Of a stretch of DNA of 64,000 bases, positions 1 to 14,699 are shown piece by piece. This DNA comes from Sphagnum compactum. Taxonomy: Eukaryota. The notes under the pieces were generated by a model that saw only the letters and a list, made by a program, of their open reading frames with translations, had not been told where the DNA came from and did not search any database. The DNA is taken from assembly GCA_965153455.1 (NCBI GenBank), contig OZ234493.1, positions 22,868,213 through 22,932,212 on the forward strand, in the 5' to 3' direction. A program made the position numbers and the translations under genes. Each line of letters starts with the position of its first letter. The stretch's first letter is position 1.

Positions 1-1845
1 CGCGTGGATCAGGAGGAGGAGGAGGAGGAGGGCAATGCGAGTTATTCTTACTCGGTCACTATCCCGAAGTCGAAAACTACTGTATTCCAGTTATCTGTCC
101 GATACGTGTCATGCGGCGCGTCTTTTCGGTTGGCGTCCAACATATTGAGCTGCACGTACGATGTGCTGCACAACCCTGTTCTGCGTGTTTGCTCTCGCCA
201 TGATGTCGCCAACTACATCAGAGTTGTGTGTGTTGTCAACTTGCAACGCATTGCTCGCCATCTGCGTCGTGCATGGGCATTTTCAATTGCGCTGGACTCT
301 GCAACTCATCAAAGCACCTCGTATCTTGATGTGCGCTTTCGAATCTTCATGTCGGCCTTCTATAACATTGTTAACCTACATGCTGTTGCGCTTCCAATAT
401 TCGATTAGCACACTGGCGAGGTCATGTTCCAGATGGTTGTATCTTTCTTAGACGTTCTTCGCCCCGGTTGGAAGGTTCATCTACTTGGTGTGTTTTCTGA
501 TGGAGCCCGCAACATGACTGGCCGTGTTTCTGGTGTTGTCACTCGCCTCAGCAACGCGATGCACACCGAGTGCCCTCTGACTCGAGTTTGGTGTGGAGTG
601 CATCAATTAGATCTCGTTATGGAACACATTATGGACACCATCATGAAGGAGCGCTTTTTTACTGTCATGACCGGATTTATCACCCACTTGACACGGCAGC
701 TAAATCTAATCACGGATATGAAGACAACGTGCCCTCGTGTCGTCAATCGTTGGCTATCCACGGAGAAGGTCATTAAGTGGTTCAAGATTCATCGGCCATA
801 GTTGCTTGCGCATATCGAGTCTAAGCAGCCACCTTCCACTCCACCTCGCCTATGGTGGGTGTCTTTGCTTGCCATGCATCACTTTACCTCGAGGACGACA
901 ATCACGTTTCGCACGATTCAGGGATTGACGACGCTGTTGGATCAACAGCAAGCTGCCCTGGTTGGTTTCGTCGCCTCTCTCATGGAGGATGTTGGCGTCA
1001 CTGGGCCGCTCTCTGTTGAAGCGATTGCGAATCTCGACGCATCGAGTCACGTCATCAGCGACCGCTATGCAGTTCCATTGTCTTCTGTCTGTGAGTTCGT
1101 CAACGGCCTGGCTTCCTGGGTTGATTCTATTGTTGACGAAGCCGATGAAGGCCAGCGGAGCGAGCTCTTCAACGACATCGCTTATGTTTATGTCACTGCC
1201 TGCGATCGTATCTCCGAGCTATCTGCCTATCGCGATGAAAACAACAACCCGCTGGCCGATCCGTCTTCCTTCCCACCAGTGTTACCGCACGAGCTCGTCA
1301 AACTATCCGCTGCCGAGTTTATTTGCAAGATGCGCCGTTACAGATACCGATTGGAGCAGCGTTATTCGAGTGAGCATATTGACATTATCGCCGACGAACA
1401 CAAGCAGCTGCTCCATGCTTACCGGACTGAGCAAGTCCTCCAGCAGAGCATCGATGCGCTGTCTAGTCAATCAGCCTTCAGGATGGTTGGAGTCTACTCG
1501 GTCGCCGATTCCCGAACCTGATGGAGTTCTGTGGTGTGATTGCGACCCTGTTTCCTGAGACCAGCACGGTTGAGTCTGACTTCTCGATTCTGCATTGGGA
1601 GAAGGATGCATTTCGCAAGAGCCTGTCATACTTCGGGTTGGAGGGCGTGCTGCAGGCGAAACAGTGGATGTTCATTGAGCAATTCAAGCCCTGATTTGCA
1701 TTCATTGAGCAGTTCGAGCCCTGATTGGCACTCTAAACGCTTAATAAAGCTTACATTGACACACCGCCTAAACTAAGGTCTCTCGATGCGACTAAATCAA
1801 GCTAATTTAGGTAATATAGGCGCCCGCCTAAACTAGACAAGCCTG
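1..1845 (+). mobile_element. hAT-like DNA transposon (3' part): disrupted transposase plus right terminus
   Basis: One reading frame from 1 to ~1480 broken only by TAG at 406 and 799, then a 1-nt frameshift to DGWSLLGRRFPNLMEFCGVIATLFPETSTVESDFSILHWEKD...* (ends 1694). Motifs FSIALDSAT, GVFSDGARNM, WCGVHQLDL and STVESDFS match hAT catalytic D/D, CxxH and dimerisation motifs. The end reads CAGGCTTGTCTAGTTTAGGCG on the - strand (TIR-like, ends 1845), with subterminal CGCCTAAACTA twice. Confidence 0.8.
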
Positions 1846-4800
1846 CACATATCCATTTGTGCTTATGATGGGTGCCATAACCATTTTTCGAGAAAATATT
1901 TTCATATTTAGTTTTGTGATATGGATTGGTGACAAAGTCAATCGAGCTGGGTGCACATTTGAGAAGATGTCAAAAGATGAATGTGAATTTTTTACAACCA
2001 AATTAAGATGAATCATCTCACCTAGTTGATAGGGGCAAAATCCCGTGAAACTACTATATTTTATAATGATTCTCAACAAAAAGACACGGATGAGAACCCA
2101 TCCACAAGAAGTACAAGGCAAAGAAAATCCCAGAAACATTTGTCACAAAAGCACATAATAATTAGGACACCACTAATACACTCGGAAAATAGAGACCATA
2201 ACATTAGAAAGATATCATCTACCACAAATCAACTAGTGATGGAGGTACACTAGATGGACGTACAGTAGCTGCGATGTGTGGAAGAAATGAAGAATGCCTC
2301 CTAAGTGCGACAGCATGCTGTAAAATTGCTATGGCCTACGCATGCTAGAAGGTAGAGTTGCAAATTATATATATTAAAGGACGTCATGAAGCTTCCCCTT
2401 AATCCGTCCCGTCATCCATCCCATCATCCAACCGGACGGACATTTCATCCATCCCGTCATCCGTCTATTTAAGCCGGATGTATATACATAAACACAAGAA
2501 TGTATGGAGGAAGGTAGTCAGATTAGAAGACCCAAATTTGGTAAAAAATTAGCAGTTTTCATGAAAGAACCTATACTTTAGGGTAGGTTCTTTCACCCAG
2601 TTATTTGATTCTTTTAGGATCCCGTTTAATGGCACAATCTGGTTCTATGACTTCTGAGCATCCTCAGCTAAGGACAGAACCTGTTAATTTGATACTTTGA
2701 GAGACCACCGGTCAAGGGTCTGTATACCTGACCCTTACCCACCGGTTCTTTCTTTGAAAAAGAGAGATGGCTCAACACTGTATACCAGTCCACTCTCTAA
2801 CAAATTTAAATTCAAACAACCTTCAAGGTTCTTAAAACCTCCCAAAAAACAAATTTTACCATCAGATATTTGTCAAATGGTTTTCTCTGATATCACAACA
2901 GCCAGCTATGTGAAACCAGTTCTTTGATTAGGGTTATATGAATAGAAAAATTAACTAGTTAGTAATTGTCAACAAAACCTAACCTTAACATTAAACTCTA
3001 ACCATAAGCTAAAACCCCAACCCGAGAACTCGCCCTATTTCTCATAATTGGTCACATAATTGGTCACCAAGGTGAAACCATATACTAACTCATTTGAGGT
3101 TCATCCATAACTGAGTAATTAACAGGCATCCAATGGATGGTGTGCTGGTGGGTGCTGGTTCACTGTGGCCCTATGGGTTTCAGATAGCAGCAAGTGGCCA
3201 AACCATTTGGGAAGATGCAAAAGTGGTCCCATGATATGATTATATATTATCACTGAGAGTGTGGTTTCCCACATTCTCAACATTTCTGTGCACCAAATGA
3301 AAAGAGAATCAGGGGCCAGCTGATGAAGAAGAAGTACCACCTACAACCTACCTCATGTGCACTTGGCTTCCTCCGTGCTCCAAGTGTGTGAAGCCAGTGG
3401 TCATAGGTAATGTTGTGTCTTCGCTTGCCTAGTGATGAGTTTTGTCTCCATTTTTGCTCTTGATTGTTATGAATAGAGAGGTACCCACAACTCATGGAGT
3501 TGGTTAGGTACCAAGTTAGTTGAATAGCAGGTTTGTGCAGGGTCTTTGCCGAATAATTATTTAATTTTGAAAATTTGACAAATAAATATTCTCAAATAAA
3601 TCAAAAGATTCTTCATTTTCCTTCACAAAGTTTTTTTTCTAAGTGATTTTTTTATAAAAAATTCAGCATGTTGGAAAAATAATATATTTTGTGTCAAACC
3701 TGCTATTTAACTAGGGTATTTTGTGTAGGTGAAAATGTGAGACTAACACTGCTATGAAAAAACAAAACTTGACAACCAATGAAACAAGGCAGCAGGGAGC
3801 AAAGAGGACCATGTTTTTCTGTCTGGGGAGACAGAGGTGAGGACTGGGACTGATTTCTTGGAGATCATGTTTTGGGTTAGGGGAGAGAGGTCATGTTATA
3901 CGGCTATACTCCCCTTATTGAACTTGGCAGCCTTCTTGATTTGTGTTCTGCATGATTTTTGCATGATTCATGTTTTGTTGTTCTGTGCTCAAAAACAAAT
4001 TGATATGTTCTGTTGTGGCCAAAAGAGGGGTAAATTAGAAACACAAAGCTTTCTTTCAATTGCTGGTACCATTGTCCATAGCGACTGACATCTACTTCTA
4101 AACCCTAAGACTTAGGTGAATCAGAACACTTTGGAATCACTCTCATTGAGCATCCAATGACTAACTTATGGCATTGCTTCACACCTTTACTCGTTGAATC
4201 CCGGAAGTTTTCACAAGGAAAGAATTCCAGTATCACCCCAATCCTTGAAGAACCCAAGATCAACAATTTTCGTCCCAACCTCAAATGATTGAACTGGCTG
4301 CAAATCCCAAACTCAAAGCTCCAATCGAAGCACTCACTTCCACTCATCCCAACTCCCCAATTTCCTCTCACTAGATACAATGCAATGAAGGAAGTTGCTC
4401 ATGAATCCTCTAATATTTTGCATCATTTTCACCACCATCCTATAAGAAGCTTACTACGTAGAATTTTGTATCTCTAACACAACAGAATTGCAGAGAACAA
4501 TACCATGCACCAAGAGCATTCATCTCTCCATGCATTTCAACTTACACTTATTCTACCCTTAGTTACTAAACATACAATTCAGCCATCGAATATTTAGCTC
4601 TTCTTTCGTCATTTTTTAACCAACCACACTCGCTTAGTGGAGCTGCCATCCTTCAAAAATTAACAACTAATCATCCTTATATATTCCAATCCACCAATCG
4701 GAACCTTGATCCCACAAGACATCGTGAAGAACAAAAACCAAAACCACACAACTAGCAAGTTCATCCTCCAAACAAGACGCCCACATTTTCCTTTCTCCAT

Positions 4801-5689
4801 GAATGCAAAACTTGCAAGCATAAAACAAAGCAAACACACACACTATTTTGAACAACGCCTGATCGGCGTGCTCATGAACAATCACATTGAACCATCAACC
4901 GCCAGTTTAAAGCAAAAAGTGGTTAACCTTTTTAACTTTAGAGTTCCTTTTTGGTCACACTATAGCTTTTCATGCCATTTGAATCCACCGCCTTAGGGAA
5001 GTAGGATCTAGTTAATACCATTAGTCTACTTCATACCATTTGAAAATGTGTTATTGAATGGGGTTTAAAGGATTTTAGAGGCAAGAGAAAAGAGAAGGAA
5101 CAAGGGAGTTGGTGACCACCTAGATGCTAGTTTAGTGAACTAATGATAATGAACTCTTAATAGTTCCTTGAATTAGATTATAAAACATTTTCAATTCTAT
5201 TTTGCAACTAGTTGTTTTTATGATGATTATGACAATGACTTGCTTATAAGAAAACAAGTTTCCTACCTTTGAACACTTTAAAAATATAACTCATGTAATT
5301 TCTCCATTTGGTCCCATGATCCTTTACAAGCATATGCTTTTCATGGTCCCATAAATTTGACAACAAATGGACATGAAAAGGATATGCACTTTAACCTTCC
5401 ATATGTTTTCATGTAAAAACATCAATCACCATTTGGCCACATTCTACATCATAATTTTGAACCACAAAGGCTCATTTACATGATATTCTTTCCATGAAAC
5501 AAAATTTTCATGTTCATGTCTCAAATTTGATCTAGTTTGAATGTCTAACTCATCCTTTTATTAAGCGAGGTAATTTTGGATGATGAAAGCTTGCAAATCA
5601 TCAATAAAACCAAACACCCAAAAAAGGGGGGGGCGGATAAGTACAAGATGAAAAGACACGAGTTTTGGCAAATACAAAAACCTCCAAAG

Positions 5690-6720
5690 AAGGCTAACCA
5701 TTAGGGGAACAAGAACAAATCAAATATCGAAACGCCCCCCCCCCTCCCCCCCCCCCCCCTTCCCTTAAAGTCGTGAAAAGCATATTAAAGGGAAAATGGA
5801 GGAACACCTAAAAAAAACACCTAGCCTAGAAGAACCTTCACCTATAATAACAACACATTTTGAAATAGAAGTCGCATATGTTTGTTGCAATGCCATCAAC
5901 AGCTTCTACCTATAAAATGAATGTAAAATTAAAAGAAGAAGGTTTTCAACACCTTTTGTTCACCATGCCATGTTAGCACATTGATGAAAAAACTCGTTGA
6001 CATGTTGATGCAAACACCCAAAGACCTCTAAGGCTAAAAGGGAGAAACATGTCCATTGGATAACAATCACAATGAAAGCTATCCTTAACTTGAATTGTGA
6101 TTGTTGCAACAACCCCACAAAATAAAGTTACCTATGAAACCAAATTTACTTGAATGTGGTTAGCGATGATGACATTAACCAATGTCTAGACACCATCCAC
6201 CAAAACCACAATGTCAACTTGTCGATTAAAAGAGTGAAAAGTAAGCGACAAAAAAATGTGGGTTTATTCACGTAAAACTGAAATCTTGCATCCCTCGCAA
6301 TAAACACAAAAACATCTTACACAACATCATGGAAAATTTTATTCTCCCCACCATGGGTGCAATGAAAAACTTGAATACCATAAGGTCCAAAAGTTGGCCA
6401 CAAATGTAATGTCATAAACCAAAGGCTAAAAGATGGGGGGGGCCAAACTAAAAAGGAAAAGATCGTTGGGTGAACAAATAGTCATGCCCTTGCACCCAAC
6501 CCCGCACAAGATTTCAAACACATTCAATGTGAATTAGAAGGCAAATAAGAGATGATGTTTAAAAAATGGTCATGCAATCTTTTTGAAATATTTCCTAAAG
6601 TCGATTTGCTCCTCTTTGTACCAATTGTTTGAATGAAGTACGCACGTTGCCACCACTAGGGAAGAAGTTCCCGTGTCAACATCAAGTGTGTTTGAAAGGA
6701 TAACAATCTTGTACTACTCA
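5690..6720 (-). mobile_element. Degenerate CRE-type non-LTR retrotransposon, 3' fragment (CCHC + restriction-like endonuclease)
   Basis: Minus-strand remnants ICGQLLD...FHCTHGGE...HDVV.DVF..IARDARF and RQVDIVVLVDGV.TLVNVIIAN, collinear with the copies at 12.2 and 14.7 kb. Confidence 0.6.
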
Positions 6721-9700
6721 TTCCTATTCCTTTCAATAAGAATGGACAAAAGTCCAACAATAAGTTAAAGGTTATGACATGGGTAACTAAACCTAACTCC
6801 TTTGATAGGTCATCAGAACAATGCTCTTTACAAAGATGAGACCTAACCCTTCACTAAAAATGAAAAGATAAACTTGCCAACAAACTAGGAAAGCCTTTTG
6901 TTTAGTTTCCTTTGCTTTCTCACATTAAGATCTCCCAAATCAAAGGTCCCTTATATATATACAGTAGTGAAAATAATAATATTTAAAAATTTGACATTAC
7001 ATTAGATAATGAAACTAGTGGGCTTGAGAGGTCCTTTTAGATTTTGGCATATTTTAGAATTTTTGGCAACTCCAAAAACTACTCGTTTAATGCCTAACCA
7101 TCCTAGGTATTAGGGTATTAGAAAGGTCTCAATGAGTACAATTGTGAAAAGTGATTTCGAATACCATTATAACAAACAAATGCTTGCCAAGAGGAAAATA
7201 AATAGAAAATACCAATGACGAAAAAATATGCATATTTTAATGAATATACAAAAGGAAAATTTGTAAGATTCAACCAACTACAAAAGAAACTAGGATTGGC
7301 AATCAATTGGAAGGATAAATTTACATTGTTTCTTGGGTGCAAGGAGCACAACTTTGACATTTAGATGACATAGTCCTTGAATTTGCACTTTGCAACATGG
7401 GTTCAGATATGAAATGGGAATATGCTTTGCATGGACATCCACCCATAGAACATGAATTTTTGAAGAAGTTGTAGGAATATTATTTGCATATAAGCAACTA
7501 GGGTAGAACAGTTGATGAGCGATCACTTAAGCGCTCAAGGCAGGTTGGATCCAAGGAGAGAGCTTCGTTGGTTTTAGTGTCCAAAAAAAACTTGAACCCC
7601 TCCTATTGACACATCTAACACACTGAAAATCATAAAAATCAAATTAAAATTGAAAAACTTAAGGCTTCCAAAGTCGAGGGTGTCAAGAATTCAAAAAAAC
7701 AAATCACTAAAAACTACAATGCCTAAACCGATCACCCAAAAAATTCCTTGTATGTTGTTCTATTGCTATTAGAGTTCCAAGATGATATCTAGAACTGATG
7801 GTGACGCTCATATAGCACTTTAAATTGTTTTAAATGAACAAGAAATGAGAAAGTTAGAATCTTTGAAAGTAAGAGCGGTCCAAAGAGAAGAAAAAAAAGG
7901 AAAAAAAACATGTTTTATGAGTTGGAAAGCTTATTTTTCTTCTTGTTATCTTTTCATTACTCCTTTTCAGTTGCACTTCAAAAATGATTTCTAGAATTTG
8001 AGGTAACAGCTCCCATAACATTTAAATCACTCAAAATGAAGCATAGATGATGAAGATCTAAAGAAGTTATTGGTGATAGGGGAGTGATCGCTGATGGGCA
8101 GTTGTACCCTAGTTGAAAAGGTAACATGTTGAAAAACTTTCGAAGTCAGGTCACTTGTTACCAAGCTAATAGGTTTCATTCAATCTGATTGCATTATGAT
8201 ATTTGGTGGCTGCAAATCTACATGGTTGGTGATCGGTGTACAGTAATTGTTTGGAGGGAAACAGGTTATTGAAACAACAAGGTAGATTGTGGAATGTTCA
8301 AGAATTTTGCAACTAACGATTCTTGGTTGTGATGCTTAGAAGGCCACTAGCAAAAGATATGGGGTGTGGGAATAGTGGACATATGCAAATTGTCTGGAAA
8401 TACCTAGTCTTGACTCTTAAGAAAACTTGATTCCGGAAGGGCAAATATTACTCATTATAATGGGCTGCAATGTGCCAAAAGGCCTACAAGTACAAGGGAG
8501 TTCCAATATCACCTATATGATAAAAAAATACCATATTGGTGTTTGTTTGTGGGAGTCCTTTGTACTTAGTACTTACACTACATACTTTCTCTGCCCCTTG
8601 TACATGCACATAGAACATAACCCCCCCTTACAAACCTGGTGGGGGAAAATTATGGTGAACAGTAATGAAACTCTTGTTGTACTAAAAATATTTGTTTACA
8701 CTAAAACCAACCTACTTCTTTGCTGGAGTGGCCCTTCATGAGGCAAATTTTGTGGTCAATAAATTCCTCGAAATAATTGAATAGCCTAGCAAGAAAGCTT
8801 TGTGTAGATTTTACAGAGCCCCATTGAGTTTTTCTCCTTCCGAGTAACAATTATGGCCTCACAAGAGGCCTTGAACTAGCCTTGTCTTATTATATGATAT
8901 TTTTTTGATACAGTCAAGAAATCTCCCATATATTATACCTAGTCTCAATTTACAGTTTGTCTGGAAATCTCCCAAGTTTGTTGAATATGTTTTGTTTTTT
9001 AGTGATTTTCTTCCCTCGGAACATCATCCTTGCTATGTTAAGTGAGGTACTGACAATGTCATGGACTTGGACAAACAAAACTCAGGACAAGATGTGAAAG
9101 TAGACTTGGCAAGATGTTAAACACCCCTGTACGAACTTTACGGGGGGTATCACGGTCACTATAGACTTGACAGATGCGCAATGTCAACTGCGTTATCACA
9201 TGGATCCAAAGTGCAGAGATAGCTTGAAAGCTATTCGTATTGGCTCCATGATATGTATAAAACCCACAAGGTCCCCCAAAAAAAAATATTAAATAAATTA
9301 TTCCACTTCCTCATGATGTAAATCTGCCACACTTTTATTCCAACTTGCCAATCATCCTTAAATCTAGGAATGATGCTTTTTCCATGTTTCTCCCACTTCC
9401 TAAAAAGTTCCTTTTGGGCAAGTTGACCCTGGGAGTATGGGACCCTGTTCTTTTAAACAACAATAGCATTCATGATACTAAAAGTGTTGACTTCACATTG
9501 TGTGCAAAATTCGGCATAGCTAGCCAAAAAAAGCCCAAGTCAAGTGACCTTTCTTGTAAAGATCATCAAGTTTTCTAACATATTTGCAGGGCATCGTGTT
9601 GTTCCAAAGCCGACTTTGATCTCCCAGAAATGCCTCATTTTCAAGAGGGGCTCTTCTATCTTACTCACGTATCTCCCATATTTTCACAGGGATCTTTCGT

Positions 9701-9826
9701 TTTTATTAGTCATGTCTGTTGTTTATAAGGAAATTTCTTGGATAATCATGTTCGTCAAAACATGAAGAAAAATTATTAATGTCAATTTTTCTCAAGTTGG
9801 TAATACCCTCTGTCAAGGGCTTTACA

Positions 9827-10198
9827 TCATATATATTAATTCAGTAAGTCTGTTTGTGACGGAGGTTTTGGGGAGTGGGGGAAGGAGAGGCCGGTGAAGC
9901 AACGGGTGATAGGGCTTGGTAACGGGGCGAGGAGGGGCCAGCATGGGGGGGGGGCCAACACGGGCGAGGGGGGGCCAGCACGGGGGGGGCCAACATGGGC
10001 GAGGGGGGCCAACACGGGGCAGGAAGTTAATTATATATAACAGGAGAACGGGGGGGGGCCAGCACGGGGCGGGAAGTTAATTATATATAACAGGGGAACG
10101 GGGGGGGGGTCGACGGGGTAAAGAACTGGAGTGGGCAATGGGAAGGACCGGGCGGGGGGGTAGCTCGACGGGTGCATTATGCACCGGGTTCACACTCG
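9827..10198 (+). mobile_element. Non-autonomous Helitron-like element with internal G-rich tandem repeats
   Basis: Starts A|TCATATATATTAA and ends with the hairpin GGTGCAT-T-ATGCACC (10171-10185) followed by CTCG|T (a CTRR-like end), inserted between A and T. Interior has GGGGCCA(A/G)CACGGG repeats and a ~60-bp tandem duplication. Confidence 0.6.
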
Positions 10199-10243
10199 TG
10201 TAAGGTAACACCCTCAGCTGGGCTGTGGGCCTTACCAGAATAA

Positions 10244-10562
10244 GGGCCCATTCACAAGACAGAGCTGAGGTGGGCCCAATTCCGACTATGCCCACAGCCA
10301 AAGGGCATTGTATGGCATAAAAATTGAGAGATTTTTATTTTTCATTTATTTCTGGTGATACCCATTGTGTATCCTCTGAGTATCATGGGAAAAAACAGCA
10401 CACGGCATTTTGGAAAATGGAATGTCCACATGTGCTAGCATTTCATTTTTCAAAATGGCCTGTAGGTTCTCTACAAGCATGCATCTGTATATACTAAAAA
10501 TCTGGGCAGAGGTTTTTACAATAAGAAGGCCGCCCACTCAGGTCTTTGCCTCGCATGGGCCC
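10244..10562. mobile_element. Tourist/PIF-Harbinger-like MITE
   Basis: Imperfect TIRs GGGCCCATTCACAAGACAGAGCTGAGGTGGGC and (reverse complement) GGGCCCATGCGAGGCAAAGACCTGAGTGGGC. The left flank is TAA but the right flank TTG does not match. Confidence 0.45.
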
Positions 10563-10873
10563 TTGGACCTCTCTTGTAATGCATTTGGTGGAGGCCCTTA
10601 CCCTACACTTAATACTCCTAGCCTTTGCATGATAGCCACTACCATATATCATCAGCTTTTATACTAAGCATTAATGCAATCACATTGCAAAATCTTTTCA
10701 AAACTTTTGTGATTTACCTTTTAAAGTTGAAGCTCACACAAATACTTAGAAATGAACCTCGTTAGTGGGGGTCCACATTTCATTATGGTCTAGCAATAAC
10801 ACTTTTTAATATGTATTGAATGGATGAGACTCATTTCAAATAGATTATCATTCAACAAAGTTATCCATAAAGT

Positions 10874-11232
10874 TACCCTCTCTCTCACCCCCTGTCCCTT
10901 CTGCTTTCACCCCCTATCCCCTCTTTCAATGGTATCTGCAAAGTAATCAAATTTTATTAAATCTCAGTATGAAATGCTGAAACTCAGCATTTAATGCACA
11001 AGGTTCGAGAGTAATTATACAGGTAGGAGCAGTAAAAATATATGTAGCAGCAGTGGAGACACTCAGGAAAAAGAAAGAGGGGATGAAACTCAGTTTTCCA
11101 CCAAAATTGGTGGAAATCTTATTTTGGGTCCCAATTATTTCGTTCTGTAAAGTTTCATTCCCAGTTACACATTTGATGCCCCGTTATGCGAAAACTGGCC
11201 GTTCTTGCCCCTTAATCGCCTGACTTTACTGA
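10874..11232 (+). repeat. ~360-bp dispersed repeat, copy 1
   Basis: Aligns end to end with 19822-20186; contains the CCACCAAAATTGGTGG palindrome. Confidence 0.85.
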
Positions 11233-12299
11233 AAACTTTAACATATGAAACAAATGTGGTGAAATGTTGTTAATATAATTGTTAATGAAATGTATTTGGG
11301 TAACTACCTATACTGATGTATTTGGGTCATCCACCACATGATGCCCATTGGGTAAGGAGGGCCACCTTTCATGAGAAAAAACATAAAAAGGTATTAGCAA
11401 ATTCATGGTGACTCCAAAATGGCTATGAACTTGGCTGAGCAGAAAAAGTGAGTAACCCATCTCAACCATTTCCACCAAGGCTTATTGAAAGGAAAGCACT
11501 TGCTTTATGGCATCTCGGTTGGTGTGCACACTTTTACATAGCGTGTTTGCAAGGTCTCGAAGATGTTTGACAAGATTCCCTAAAATGAACTTCTTTTGCA
11601 GACTAGTTGTCGAGAACTAGTTGTTGAGAAAAGAAATCGATCTGAATTTCATAGGTTCATATGAGTGTTGATCAGGGTATATAGACGACCATCTAGTATC
11701 AAGACTAGGATAGAGGACCTTACCAATGTTGTGAGGGTATGTGATTTGTAGGGTTAGATATGGGGGGTTCAAGTTCATTTGACTTGAACTCAAGTTGACA
11801 CCCTTTTGTTGGAACCAACACAAAGATCAGCCCATGAAACTAGTTTTTGCTAGATTTGGAACTGAAATTAGACACATGAAAAAACATTCTTGAACATAAT
11901 CTTTAGGCAAAAAGTTGATTTAAAAAAATAAATCGATAAGTAAGTTAAGCATTGTAATTAAATATGAAATCTAACCAATTGTTTGTGCCGTATTTATATA
12001 AACCCTTGTTATAATTTATTATAAAATTTTGTACCCATACAATTTCTAGTATTAGGAGTGCGTAATGTGTACATAAAATCAGATTTTTTTATTCAAATGG
12101 GCTTGAAAGTTCTTGAGTTTTAAAAAAATGTGTTAAAATCAAAATTAAAAAGGTTTAAAAATTGAAAGATCCAGGCTCAAATCCCCCACCCCAAGAACCT
12201 TCGAAAACAAGGATTGAATGATGAAACCCTGACAAATTTTATGAAACAAAGCACCCAACATAGGGGGAAAAGAAAAACAAAGAAAGAGGACCCAAGTCC

Positions 12300-13930
12300 A
12301 AGTCAAAAGTGCAAAAATTTAAAGGGGTCACAGAGGCCCAAAGGAACAAATTATGTTCCAAAGCCCCCACTAATTGCAAGAAGCATGTTGAAGAAGGAAA
12401 GGAAGGGAAATTTGACACTGTAGTAACCCTAGAAAAGCCATCACCTACTACAATGGTGCACTTCAAAATAGAAATGACTCATGCTTTTTACAAGGCTATC
12501 ACCATTCTTTGCTTATAGAAGGCACAAAGAACTGTCAAAGGAAGGTCATGGATACCCTTTGCTAGCCATATCATTGACATGACTTTTGTTTCTATAAATG
12601 CCATTAGCTGATAACAATGATGTGAACCCATTGACAAAAAGACTCAAAGGAAGGTGGTGGAAGGATATGGGTTTTGCTTACACGAAACATGAAATCATGC
12701 GTCTCTCGCCAGGCGAAAACATTTCAAACCACATTGTGGGATGCAATTTTTTCCCCACCATGGGAGCAATGAAGCAAGTGGGTCCCTGTAGGATTTTAGG
12801 GCTAGCCACAATGTAATGGGTCACTTTGAGAGTTAAAGGATGTGGAGGTCGAGCTTGGTGCACAATGCAAAAGAGAAAATATCAAAAGTTAAACGAAAAG
12901 GCGGAATGATTGGGTGAGCAAAAAGTCAAGCGCCTACCCTCGCACCCTTGCAAGACCTCAAACATGCGCAGTGCGAAATAAAAGCCATGTCAAAAATGAT
13001 GTTGGGGAAAAAATGGTCATGCAATTTGTTTAAAATGCTCTCTTGAAGTTGATATATCCCCTCTCAATAAAATGCATGAAAAAAGAAATGAATATCACTA
13101 TGTTCAAGGGAAGGAGTTCTTGCACCAAGTTCAAATGGGCCTAAAAGGGGAATGGATTGGAATTGTTGGCACCTACCACCTCTAATCAAAACAAGCAATG
13201 ATTCAATAGGAATCTGGCAACAATGACAAGTGCAATAAGTGCCCAACCCCCAAACAAGCCACTAATGTAATGAGCTCTGTGGAAATGAGGTTGATCCCTC
13301 ACAAAAGATGGGGAGAAAAACCTATCGACACATTAAGGGGGCCTATAAGCAAACCAAAAAACCTAAGCCCAAGAGTTTTCCAAAAACCTACACGAAGGTC
13401 AAATCGAAAGAGGTGAGTTGACATCAAAAGACTAATAAAAAAAGGAAACAACAAAATAAATATGGTCTATAAACAAAACATTGAAAAAGGACCCCAAAAA
13501 CAACTTGGACATCCCTTAACTTTGAAAGCACCTTTGCATGGCGAACATCCTCGTCTACTGCATCTTGCAAGAAAGAAGGAAACTCAAACGAGATGCCCAA
13601 AACCCTAATGCCATTTGACAGGCAAAAAAAATCAACAAGATGAAAGAAACCAAAAGGCAAACAAAAAGCCAACCAAGTTGAACACTTGCAGGGCTTAACC
13701 ACAAGTCCCACAAAAGTCAACTAAGAAACAATATGGCCAAAAAGAAAATGAACGATAGAAGTTGAACCAATGATGTGAATGTCCTCTAAAAGCGAAGTGA
13801 AAATGCAAGAACGAAAAACCCCTAAAACATTGCAACACACAAAAATAGACCAACGCAAAAAATCAATGAATAGATCACCTTAACACATGCCCTCCAAATA
13901 GTGAATGACTAATAGATTTCCCAAATGGGA
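12300..13930 (-). mobile_element. Degenerate CRE-type non-LTR retrotransposon fragment (RT end, CCHC, REL endonuclease)
   Basis: Minus-strand remnants of the RT motif region (..SLLEDIHIIG, ~13770-13800) and CG..K..TGTHLLHCSHGGK (~12750-12815), homologous to the 14.7-18.7 kb copy. Confidence 0.6.
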
Positions 13931-14699
13931 TGGTTGGAAGTTCTATTCAAAATTAAGAACTTCACAATAGTGAACCCTACATACCAAAATGGTATGACTT
14001 GTGGCAATTACAACCTTATTCCAATATTAGTGTAGTTGGGATCGAGGAACGTGGTTGACTACCCACTTTAGTAGGTAAGAATTTCAAGTGCCAATTACAA
14101 ATGCCAATTCCAGTTACTAAAAATTGGATCCCAACGAAGATTATTTTCAAAATTGGAAGTGGAAATGTTTTTTTTTTGAAAAACCAGACTTGGAACTAGG
14201 TTCTTAGTTTTACTTATGTATGGAATTGGAATTAGAACTAGAACCATAACAAAGGGATCAGAACCAATAGTCAACTATTACAGTTAAGGCTTGGTTAACA
14301 AGAACCATATCTAAACATGACCGCTTTAAAAAATATGAATTAGACTTGAAATCTTTATTTTCTTAAAAATGGATTTGAAACAAGATACTAAATTCTATTT
14401 ATGTGTGGAACCACAACCAGGACCAAGACAATTCCAATTAAATTTTCAGAAAACTAGAATTTAAGGTCCCTCATAAAAATAAAGAACCACTTAGCACAAA
14501 TAGGGACCTGAGGTTATACCAGGAATATATCTTCCTCATCAAGGCCAAAAATCAATCCTATAGTTAATACTAGGGCCAGGTTTTTATGAAAGTTTAATAA
14601 AAGACCCAATACCATGATTGGGCTAGTATGTAATTTTTAATACCAAACCCCAACAAAAATCCAATAAAAGATCAATGGTTACAACCATCACAAGGGAGA

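Noticed and set aside
3125-3410. Exon-like AG...GT segment
   Set aside because: Stops in the frames checked and no recognisable homology.
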